Shown here in pieces: positions 53,361 to 64,000 of a DNA stretch of 64,000 bases; position 1 is the stretch's first letter, and every line of letters starts with the position of its first letter. The position numbers were made by a program, and so were the translations under genes. Source of the DNA: Azolla caroliniana (taxonomy: Eukaryota; Plantae; Polypodiophyta); contig JBHGNT010000002.1 of NCBI GenBank assembly GCA_043228905.1, positions 8,308,001-8,372,000 on the forward strand. Reading direction: 5' to 3'. The notes beneath the pieces are model-generated. The model had not been told where the DNA came from. It worked only from the letters and a program-made list of their open reading frames with translations, and did no database searches.

Positions 53361-56300
53361 GGGGGAGATAGTGTCATGAGATGGCAAGACTCGAACCCAT
53401 GACCTTATGGTATATGGGTCGAGCTCTTAACCATCTCACCATCTATTGTAATTCATAGAATATTATTTTCATTTATGTTTTATTATAAGAAAGTAATGTA
53501 TATTCCAGATTTCTCTGGAACATTCTAGAAGCTTCAGGATTATTCCTGAGAACACTATAAAAGAAGGCACTAAGCATTATGTTGAACCAAATTGGTTCAA
53601 CACCAGTCTTAAGCCTCTTAGTCGATTTGTACTTATCTTTCATATAATATAAGAGCTGTTGTCATCATCCTATTTCTCTCTCTCTCTCCTCTTCTCACTT
53701 CCTCTCTCTCGGGAATCTTACGCAGTCCCGTCCTCTTAGTACTAATAGTACTAATAGTACTACTCTTCTTAGTACTAATTCCATCTCTGTTTTAGTACTA
53801 TTCCTGACACGGTGTAGCCGACCAACTGCGAGGTTGTACCAGTCCAATATAGCAGTCCCCGGTCCATAGTGCCGCTTACGTACCGCAGTACGCGTTGCGC
53901 ACACTGAAGGTGCTCCTTGGTAGGCCGCGCCATAAATTGACTAATCACCCCGACCGGATAACTGAGATCGGGTCGGGTGATTGTCAAGTAAATAAGGCTT
54001 CCAAAAATTTGTCGGAACCTCGTCTGGTCACACACCTTTCCAGAATTGGGGCGTATCTTGACGGTTCTATCAAGAGGAGTTGAGACGGACTTACAGTCTG
54101 CCATCCCGAATTTGAAGAGCATATACAACGCATAATGGCATTGGCTGATCAATATGCCTTCAGGGGTATGGATCACTTCGATCCCGAGGAAGTAATGAAG
54201 ATCCCCCAGATCCTTCATGTCGAACGATACCGCAAGCTAGAGCTTCACGCGGTTGATTTCACCTAGGTCGGTGCCAGTGATGACTAAGTCATCAACATAG
54301 AGTAAAATACTGACCGGCCCGAGTCGACCTTTCCGAACGAACAATGAGGAATCTGATTTTGACGTCGCAAAGCCCATCCGACGCAGTCGATGCGTGATCT
54401 TTGCGTTCCAGGCACGCGAGGCTTGCTTCAGTCTGTAAAGGGACTTCTTTAATCGGCACACTGCCGACGTGTTTGTTCTGGAGTGAAATCCGGGGGGTTG
54501 TACCATGTACACTTGTTCCTCAAGCTCACCTTCCAAGAACGCATTCTTTACATCCATCTTATGTAAGTGCCACCCCTTGGCCGCGGCTACCACGAGCAAA
54601 ACACGGGCGGTCGTCATCTTCGCGACCGGAGCAAACGTCTCAAGTTGAGCTTGTTCCGGCTCCGGTTACGCTTGTTGGGGAAGGGAAGTCGGTGTTGCTT
54701 CCCAAGCTGGCAGGCTTCACAAATTTGTGCCTTCCGGCCACTAAATTTGGGCAATCCGAACACCACTTGTTTCGATTGCAGGTCTTGAAGCTGCGGGTAG
54801 TTGACATGGCCTATCCGCTTGTGCCATAAGTCGATGTACGACTCGACTTTTTGTCCCTTCGCGAACATTGCGGTGCCACCGTTAGTAGAGTTGAGGATGA
54901 ATATCCTCCCATCTCTGCGCCCTTGCGCAATAATGCGGCCTTCTTCCTCAATGAAGCACCTGAGGTGTGTAAACCGAACCTGCATCCCCTAGTCGACGGT
55001 GATGGTTGGGACATGTAACACGTTCATAAGTTTCCCTTTCTGCCCGACATGGTTCAAGGTAACTTCATCGACATTCGCGATCTGATGCGGAGTGTCGTCT
55101 CCGGTTGCGACTACTCCTGGTTGCGTCGGTTTCTCAAGATATGACAACCACTCCTCGTGGCACGTAATGTGGTTTCACACGCCAGAGTCGACGTACCACA
55201 CCTCGTCCGATTTCGGGGCGGACTGCTTCATCGAGTTTGCTTCGTGTCTCGTCACGAAGACTGACCCTTTTTTGGCTTCTCCGGATTCTTCGGCGTAGTG
55301 CGATCGTTGCCGGTTTCCTTTGTCGGTATGTCTGGAACCAGATCCGGAACCAGTCCTCTCTAACTCAGCACGCTTTTTCCAGCACTCGCTCTCCTTGTGG
55401 CCTTTCTTGCCAAAATACCAACATTCCACGGCGGATTTCCCTTGCCGTTTCTCGCCGCCTCAACTCCCCCTTTTTCCAGAGGGTTCGGAGTTGCTGTCGG
55501 CATCACTTCGGTGCCTTCTTCCTTGATCCCGTCGGCCGCCTCCATTGCGTACTGATTCGCCTCGTCCGCCACGACCACGGGGCCTCTCTCCCTCTGTGTA
55601 CAACATCTTGCTGTCGGCATGCGTGCTTGTCGACGCACCCGCGTGGTTCTCCTCTATATGGAGCATCGACTGTAAGTCGAAAAACAACGACGTATTCTCC
55701 CGGGTACACACAATAGTTCGGAACACCCCGAACTTCGACGCCAAACCCTCGAGACAGACCTGGACCATCTCGCTTTCCTTGATGTTCACATCGATGGAAG
55801 CTAAGGAGTCGCATATGTCCCTAATCCTTGAGGTATAGTCAGCCACCGACAAATTGCGTTGCCGTAGGTTGCTCAATTCGTGTCGGAGTTGAAGCTTCCT
55901 AGCTGTGGTGCTCGCGGCGAAAATCTTCTTCAGATTTTCCCACGCACCCTTCGGCGTTTTTGCATCCCGAACGTAGCTTAACAGTTGTTCGCCCACACAA
56001 GACGCGAAACAGTACAGCACTCTGCTCGCCGATTGTTCCCACGTCGGGAAGTCTTTGTGTGTCAAATCGGGTGTTGTGTCATTTGCTCCATCGACATAGC
56101 TCCAGTAACCATGTCCGAGCAGGTACTGGTGCATCTTGTAAGACCAAGACGCGTAGTTGTTTCTGTCGAGCTTCTCTGTCGGAAGCAAGCTAGCCATTCC
56201 TCTGTCCATCGGTTTTCTTGTTCTTCTTCGTTGGTTTTCCCTTCAAGCAAAGTCGACTGCAGAGGTTCTCAACCCTCACACTCTGATACCATGAAAAGAA

Positions 56301-57537
56301 TTGCGTGCGGAAGCAATATAGAAAACTAAACAACAGAAAACGCAGGTTTAATGGAAAGCTTAGGTTTGCATAGTACGCATGGGAGAGACAAAGAGAGAGA
56401 GTAAACACAGAACTTAATTCAAAAAATAATACTCAATCTGTACATAGGATGTGCTCAGTGAGCACTTTTATGCAAGCCTTGACAATCGGGCTGACACAAG
56501 TACTGACAGTACTTGACTGCTCATAAATGAGCCTTGACTCTTACTCCCAAAACTATTCCATACGAGGAATATCTTTCAAACGGCCTTTCGGTTTACGCAC
56601 CGATACGGCCTTCCTACTCACCGGTTTGCATACCGGTTTACGCATCCGTTTTACGCACCGGTCTGGCCTAACCGATCGGTCCCAACCGATCTGGTCCTCA
56701 ACTTGCTCAACCGATCCGGCCGATGTTGATCTTGTCTCTCAACAGGTCCGCCCCGGGTGTCGTATCTCCCCAAAGGGTCTGCCCCTTCAGCCTTCTTGAC
56801 CCGCTTGTCTTCAACCAGAACCTTGTAGTTCTAGCATGCAGCTTCTACAAAGCCGGTTTTCTCCATAGATCGCTACATCCAGTGACCTCCTGGACCCGCC
56901 TCTCTGCGCAATCCGCTTCCTCCTTTTTCAACTTCTTCTCGGAGAAGCTTTCGAGCACCACCGGCCAAAATACGGCATCGCTTCTGGAACTGACCCTTTT
57001 TTCCCATCTGACTTGGATGCCAGCTAATGCCGAGTAGTGAATAGCCCCGAAGTTTCGAGCCACGGCTTACTCCATCAACCTTTTCATTCCTCCTTGATCG
57101 GTGTTCATCTCAAGGGGTTTCCAGGTCTCACTCTCATGTACTTGTTCATTCCATAGGTACACAACACTACTCTTGAGTGCATTAGCGAAGTCAGCACACT
57201 CTCTCCAGATGTGGCCGACAGCGTCGCACCACATGCATCTATGGTCAATCGGTATGCTCCAATCGCGCGATTGACTACCACCTTCCCTTCGGGCCTAAGC
57301 AATCTAGATGTCTCATACCAACTTGGTAAGTTCTTCTAGAGATGAAACTCTTGTTGATCCACCGACAACGTTCGTCGGTGTCGGCCCCGACTCGAATCTC
57401 CGACTCATCTCGCCTAGCCAAGTCAATACTTCTCCGGTCATCCTCCCGATAATTAGGCCTACAGACGATGTGCCCTCGCTATTCCACGCTTGCCGTTTAT
57501 CAAAACAGCTACAACCCCCTTTTACCATGGTTCAATC

Positions 57538-60500
57538 TGTTACAAAGGCGCTCCGACTCTTCTTTGTGCGCGGCAGATCGTGATGAGTTGTATCGTTTAA
57601 TGTGCTCAAGACAGAAAAGGAAGGGGGAAGGAAACTTACCTCTGTAGCAAAACCAAAAGCTTCTTCTATTTCATTACACGCAGAGCTCAACTCGTTCTCG
57701 TCAGTTTTCTGTTCTTCTCTACTCTCACTACTCTTCTATATCTCACTCTCTTACTTTTTAGCTAAGTTATAAGTGACTTATATATGCAGCTAATTAGCTG
57801 TGAGTAGCTAAATAGTTGTGCATAGCTAAATAGTTATTTCACCTTTATGTCCACTAGTAGCTAATTTCCTAATAGCTACTATAGAAGATCTCACTTACCA
57901 ATATGCATCACATACCTTTGTTGAGCTTGTTTCTCAACACTCCCCCCCAAGCTCAACTTATCCTTTCTTGGGATCATCTTCAATCTTTTTTTCTTCATGC
58001 TTTTCAGCTATCATACCGATGGTTATAACTCCCATCATGTCTCTAAACTGTGTATGTTTTTCCATGCTCAATCCCTTCGTAAGAATATCAGCCACTTGCT
58101 GATTTGTACTTACATACAACAGATCCACTTCTCCATCAATCACTTATTCTCTAACAAAGTGATAATGCACTTCAATGTGCTTTGTTCCTGCATGGAACAC
58201 TCGGTTTTTTGCTAGTTGAATGATGCTCATATTGTCACACCAAATTGTGACTACACCATCTATATACTCTGCCAAATCATAAAGCAATCTTCTTATCCAT
58301 ACCTCTTCACATGTGGCTATTGCAACTCCTCTATATTCAGCTTCAGTACTTGATAATGCAACAGTAGGTTCTTTCTTGCTACTCCATGAAATAATTGCAC
58401 TTCCCAATGTAAACATATATCCACTTGTGAATCTTCTATCAGTTTGGCTTCCAACCCAATCAACATCTGTATATCCTTCCAGCTTTATGTCCGGATTAGC
58501 CCTATAAAACAGTCCATAGTTCTAAGTAGTTTTTACATACCTCAAGATTCTTCTAATGCAGTCCAAGTGTGGCTTTGTTGGCTGTTGCATAAACTGGCTG
58601 ACTAATCCAACAACATAACTCAAATCAGGTCTTGTTATAGTCAAATATATGAGGCTTCCCACCATAAACCTGTACATGTTTACATCTTCTATTTTGGCTC
58701 CCAAATCAGCCCTCAATTTGCAGTTCTTATCCAGTGCTACATCAATAGGTTTGCATCCAAGCATACCATACTTCTTCAACATAGTCGTTGCATACTATTT
58801 TTGCAACATATATATACCACTTTCAGATCTGATCATCTCAATGCCAAGAAAGTATCTCAGCTCTCCCAAATCCTTCATATGAAATTGCATTTCAACATTT
58901 TTTTTCTACTTCGTTATTTCATCCATAAAATCCCCTCCAATGATTAATTCATCAACATATATCAAGATAACAACAATGAAATCATTTATCTTCTTTACAT
59001 ACAATGATGGATCAACTTTTGATATTTTGAAGGCAATCTTTTTCAGAGATTCTGAAAGTTCCTTATGACATGCACTCGGTGCTTGTTTCAATCCATAGAG
59101 AGCCTTTTTCAGCCTACATACATATTCTTGATGCTTCTTATCTTCAAAACCTAGTGGTTGACACATATACACTTCTTCTTCCAAGTTACCATGTAAAAAA
59201 GCATTTTTTACATCCATATTGTGCAGAACCCATCTTTTGGCTACACTCATAGCAAGTAGTGTTCTCAAGGTTGCCATCTTTGCAACCGGTGCAAATGTTT
59301 CATCATAATCAATACCTTGCATCTGGGCACATCCCTTTGCAACAAGTCTTGCTTTATGTCCACTAACATTTCCATTTGAAGCATGCTTTGTTTTGTAGAT
59401 CCATTTGCAACCCACAACATTTTTTTCTTTCGGTAACTTCACCAAATCCCATGTTTTGTTTTTAGCCAATGTATCTATTTCTTCTTGTATTACATTCACC
59501 CATTTCTTATCAGATTTTGCTTCATCAAAATTATTTGGATTAGGGATTTGTACCACTTTAGACATGTATGCATAATGCATAGCCATATATGTGTCATAAT
59601 GAAATCTTTCAACAGTCTTTTTCTCTCCATCTGATCTTCTCAGTTTCTAATTTGCATCTTTCATTGCCTTTTCCATACTAGGGATTTTCAAGGCTCCTAT
59701 ACCAAGCTCATCATCCAATGATGTATCTGACTCTACATCTTCCATGTTTCTAGGCCCATCATCAAGCATTTCTTATTCTGGCATCTTCAATTTTCCCTTT
59801 TTATCATCATATTTTTTATGTCCTACATATTTTCCACTCTGTGCATTTGAATCAAATCTACTACCATAGTTTTTTGATGGTCCCGTACATTCTATTGATG
59901 TTGAATTTTTCTATCTAACATTGTTTCCATCTTTGTGGTTATCTCTTACATTTTCAGATTTTTCTTTGTCTTCATTTTCACAGTCTTCATTAGTTTCTAC
60001 ATTCTCTTTTGGGATGTACCAGCTGCTCAACTCATCAAATATTACATGCTGACTTGCCACAATCTTTTTTGTCAAAGGGTTATAGCATCTATACCCTTTT
60101 TGCTCCTCTAAATATCCAACAATAACACATTATTTAGCTTTTGGATCAAGCTTACTTCTTACTTCAGTAGGTACATGGACATAGGCAAGGCATCCAAACA
60201 CTTTTAAGCCTCCTAAACTAGGTTTCCTTCCATAGAAACATTCTTCAGGAGTTACTTCATGTACTCCATATGTTATACATCTATTTAGAATAAAGTTTGT
60301 TGTGTTTACAACTTTTGCCCAGTAATACAATGGCATATTTTTTTTAGTCATCATGGCTCTTGCTATGTTCACCAGAGTTCTATTTTTTCTCTCAGCAACT
60401 CCATTTTGCTGTGGAGCATACTTACATGTAAATTGTCTCCTTATTCCTTGATTACATAGAAAATTAGAAAATTCATTTGAGAAGTATTCTCGTCCTCCAT

Positions 60501-62711
60501 TAGATCTTAAACATTTTATTCTAGTCCTAGCCTGCTTTTCTACCATGCATTTAAACTTACAAAAGCAATCAAATACTTCACTTTTTTCTTTCATGAAGTA
60601 AACCCATGTTTTCCTTGAGCAATCATCAATAAAGGTTACATAGAACCTGCATCCACCAATTGAGACATTTTTTGTTGGTCCTCATACATCTGTATGTACC
60701 AAATCCAACAAATTTTTGCTTACATATCTTTCATGAGGGAAAGGTAACCCGTTTTGCTTTCCATATTGGCATGCTTCACATATTTTGCTCATCTCACAGT
60801 CTTTCAACTTGGGCAGTCCAACCACTATATTTTTCCTCAACATATTTTTCAATGTTTGCATACTTATGTGACCGATTCTTTTATGCCACATTTCCGCATT
60901 TGAGATTACACTCATTCCTTCTGCAAACATGGTTGTAATCTTTTTAGGCATATCCACATCTAACGCAAACATTCTTCCTTGACGTTTTCCTTTTGCAATC
61001 AGTTTTCCCTGTTTCTCTATAAAGCACCCACTTTGCTTAAACTTAACTCGCATTCCTTGCTCTACTATCTATCCAACAGAAATCAGAGTTTTTGCAAGGT
61101 TTGGTACATGTATCACATTCAGCATATACTTTGTTTTCCCTTTTTCTTCCCACAATGGGATATCTCCAACATGCTCGATTGTGTGAGTAGTATTATCACC
61201 TGTCTATACATAACCAGGAATCTCTAGTTCTCTTAGACTTTCAAACCAACTTGCATGTCTAGTCATATGGTTAGATGCCCCAGAATCTACATACCACATA
61301 TAATCTTCATTGCATCTTTGTGAACATTCAGCCATTGTTGTTGTTTCATGTTGCATCACAAATGCACAATCTTTATCACTGTCTTCACTAGTTGAAGCAT
61401 AATTATTTTGTTGTCTCTTCCCTCTTTTTTCATCATTTTGCTTTTTATAGCATTCAGCCTGTGTATGGCCTGGTTTTCTACAATACCAACAACCATCATC
61501 ATTCAAATAAGTTTGCTTACCTCTTCCTCGGCCTCTTCCAGCACTATTGTAGAGGGCTTGCCCCTCAATCTCAGAGATTCCTTTGTTTACATCATCCATC
61601 TTATTTCTTTCTTCCACTACAAGCATTGAAACTAGATCTGGAAAATTTGGGATGTTATCCCTTGTGAGAATAGATGTTTTGAACCTTTTATATTGAGGTC
61701 CTAAGCCTCTTAAGCATATTTCCACCTTATCATCATCTTCTACCTTCACATTACTAGAAGCAAGTGACTCACATATGCTCTTTATTTTCAGAGCATACTC
61801 ATTAACTGACATCTTACCTTTTTCCAAGGTATTTAGCTCAGTCTTCAACTCAAGTTTTCTAGCCTTTGTGTTTACTGCAAACAGTTTTACCAAACTGTCC
61901 CAAGCTTCTTTTGGAAGTAGAGCATCTTGTATGTGTCCAAGCATCAAATCTGAGATGCTAAGTGACAACCAATGCAATACTTTCCTTGCTCCTTGATTCC
62001 ATTCCTTAAATGCTTTAATCTATGTAGCAGTTGCATTTTCCTGAGGGATCACTGGAGCCTCTTCTAGGTCTCCTTCAATGTAGTCCCAGTATCCTTTTCC
62101 CATCAAGAAATTTGTTATTCTAAATTTCCACGCAAGGAAATTGTTTTTATCCAACTTTTCTGCGACTATTTGGCTTCCATTCTCAGCAGCCATTCTCTCT
62201 TTTAATTAGGGCTTTTGCTACGATTAACTTCACAGACAACTCTCTGATTCAGATCAGCAACCAGAACCAAGCTTCTCATATTTGTACTGCTCTAATCTTC
62301 TTTACGAGCAACTCTACTCTTATACCATGTTACGAAGGTGCTCCGGCTCTTATTTGTGCGCATCAGATCGTGATGGGTTGGATCGTTTAATGTGCTCAAG
62401 ACAGAAAAGGAAGGGGGAAGGAGACTTACCTCTGTAGCAAAACCAAAAGCTTCTTCTATTTCATTACACACAGAGCTCAACTCGCTCTCGTCAGTTTTTT
62501 GTTCTTCTCTACTCTCACTACTCTTCTATATCTCACTCTCTTACTTTTTACCTAAGTTATAAGTGACTTACATATGCAGCTAATTAGTTGTGACTAGCTA
62601 AATAGTTGATTCATCTTTATGTCCACTAGTAGCTAATTTTCTAATAGCTACTATAGAATATCTCACTTACCAATATACATCACATACCTTTGTTGAGCTT
62701 GTTTCTCAACA
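57538..62711 (-). mobile_element. Full-length AT-rich Ty1/copia (family E), LTRs 57538-57939 and 62328-62711, several stops
   Basis: TSD CAATC/CAGTC. PBS TGGTATAAGAG at 62317-62327 (minus). Motifs CWYCRKPGHTQAEC, WYVDSGASNHM, QQNGVAERKNR, LIYVDELII. PPT GGGGGGGAG. Confidence 0.95.
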
Positions 62712-63271
62712 CAGTCGATCGTGAGTCTATCATCTGTCTCCAATAGGAGACCTAACTTTTCCCAATCAAGTGGGTCGACCGACTTGATAAATAGCAGGAC
62801 CTTGCTCGTATCGAGCACGGTTCGGCTGAATGTTGAAAGGCGCGCAAATCACTTCTCAAACTTCTGGAGAAGCACCAATGTGTTCCGGCCTTTGTCAAGG
62901 AGCTCAACCCACTCCCTAAAGTCCCTCTTCGACAACCGGAGCAAGTTGTCGCAACCTTATTTTTCGAGGAGTCGTCCCTTGAACTCTAACCAAGTCTGAC
63001 AGTCGTTTTCGACTTCGAGCACTTCCATGTGGATGCTTGGGGTTACAACCCGTGGGAATGTAGACAGTTATCTATCCTTTGGGATGTCTCTCATTAGCAT
63101 TTCGGCCTTGTAGGCCTCTAGGTAGTTTGTTACATCCTTTCCATTAAATCATCCTATCGTGCCAACTATCATCTCTATGGCCTGTCGAGACCACTCGCAC
63201 TCTCCCAAGCATTCACCGTCATTGCTTCTGCTAGTTCACTTCCCCTCATTTTAGATTCATTTGCTGCCCCT

Positions 63272-63289
63272 TTCACGTCGGGTTCACAA
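63272..63289 (-). promoter_or_regulatory. PBS complementary to the tRNA-Trp 3' end (element D')
   Basis: Plus strand TTCACGTCGGGTTCACAA versus the plant tRNA-Trp(CCA) 3' end TTCACGTCGGGTTCACCA as I recall it (17/18). It lies 3 nt from the LTR edge at 63293. Confidence 0.75.
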
Positions 63290-64000
63290 AGATGTTATGG
63301 TAATCCACAGGTATGTGTCGAAACAGGCGGGATCACCGGGGTCTCAGACTAAGTAGTCGGTAAGAGGAAACGAGAGAGAGTGAAAATGAATATCCAGAAT
63401 GTTTCCAGATAGCTTTGCCGAAACACAGGTAAGGACACGTGACCGATCCGGAGATGTCCACCGGATGCCGGATGGTTAGCACACGGGCTTAGATGCGTAT
63501 ATTGTTCCCGACTAGATACCAAATACCAGATGAAGAACATGCATGCTCAGACACTCGGGTATACACGAAGGTAAAAGGGGAACAAAGATGAGAATGTAAT
63601 AGAAATTAGGAAACGGATAGGAAAAAGAGAAGACCAAATGCAGCAAGACAAATCGATTAACTAACAAAGAAAGAAAGATACAACCAGACTCGGTTGGTGA
63701 TAGAGCTTCGAGCCCTTGACACACACACCTTGCAAACACCAGCAAGCCTCTGATTGGGAGCACTCGGGCTTCTAGACCGAATAGAAGCCTCGCAGCACAA
63801 CATTAGAGACGGGAACAAGAAGCGAACTATTGATTCTGAAATCCGGCAAAACTTCCTCCTCCCCACGATCGATCCCTTACAAGAGTTTAAACCTCCCCTT
63901 TTGATAGAAATAGTGCTCGGCCACAACCAAGCTTCAAACACACGATGGAAGAAACAAACAAACAAGAACCAGGTAGATTTATACACTTACATCGAAATGA

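Larger units (their letters stand above)
48127..53809 (+). mobile_element. Intact Ty3/gypsy chromovirus (Tcn1/Tf1-sushi-like), 5683 bp
   Basis: 438-bp LTRs at 48127-48564 and 53372-53809, identical by eye, TGTCA...TGACA. TSD CGGTG on both sides. PPT AAGGGGGAGA. Uninterrupted gag and pol. Confidence 0.98.
46685..56744 (-). mobile_element. Ty1/copia family A element A3, both LTRs present (46685-47139, 56292-56744), integrase core deleted, RNase H interrupted by the chromovirus
   Basis: Perfect TSD GGTCC (46680-46684, 56745-56749). PBS TGGTATCAGAG at 56281-56291 (minus). Gag ORF 55460-56209. PPT 47140-47149. Confidence 0.95.
44847..64000 (-). mobile_element. Ty3/gypsy family D-related host element D' (5' LTR 63293->64000; gag/PR pieces 62712-63240, 56745-57537, 45640-46684; LTR piece 44847-45357), split by nested insertions
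   Basis: 44847-45357 aligns with 63293-63820. Minus-strand FNGKDVTNYL, CMWCDAVGHIWREC and IDHGSEIN are homologous to family D. Confidence 0.8.

Noticed and set aside
50356-53387. Antisense and alternate-frame ORFs overlapping pol (and similar ones across the TE nest)
   Set aside because: Shadow ORFs of GC-rich coding sequence with no domain evidence.
63272-63289. tRNA-Trp gene
   Set aside because: Only the 3'-terminal 18 nt are present, adjacent to an LTR, so this is a primer binding site.

Overview
Eukaryotic land-plant genomic DNA, probably a non-seed plant judging from the Tcn1-like chromovirus (inference). The first ~12 kb is genic. It holds the last four exons of a GH47 class I alpha-1,2-mannosidase (MNS1/2-like, with a dead LINE in one intron), a complete 9-exon LPEAT1-like lysophospholipid acyltransferase, and a candidate 61-aa membrane microprotein. 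From ~12.2 kb to the end is a dense nest of LTR retrotransposons: several Ty1/copia families, a tRNA-Trp-primed non-chromovirus Ty3/gypsy family, solo LTRs and one non-autonomous hAT element. Insertion order can be read from target-site duplications (TSDs). The youngest element is an intact chromovirus (48127-53809) with LTRs identical by eye. It shows a Tf1-type self-priming site instead of a tRNA primer site, a -1 frameshift signal, a heat-shock element array, an AGTACT motif cluster, and an antisense tRNA-like A-box/B-box module at the LTR edge. That module recurs with identical spacing in a diverged LTR at 45358. A second unexplained structure is a conserved hairpin enclosing the polypurine tract (PPT) in six copia 3' ends with divergent LTRs. 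All alignments were done by eye, and the boundaries of degenerate fragments are approximate.
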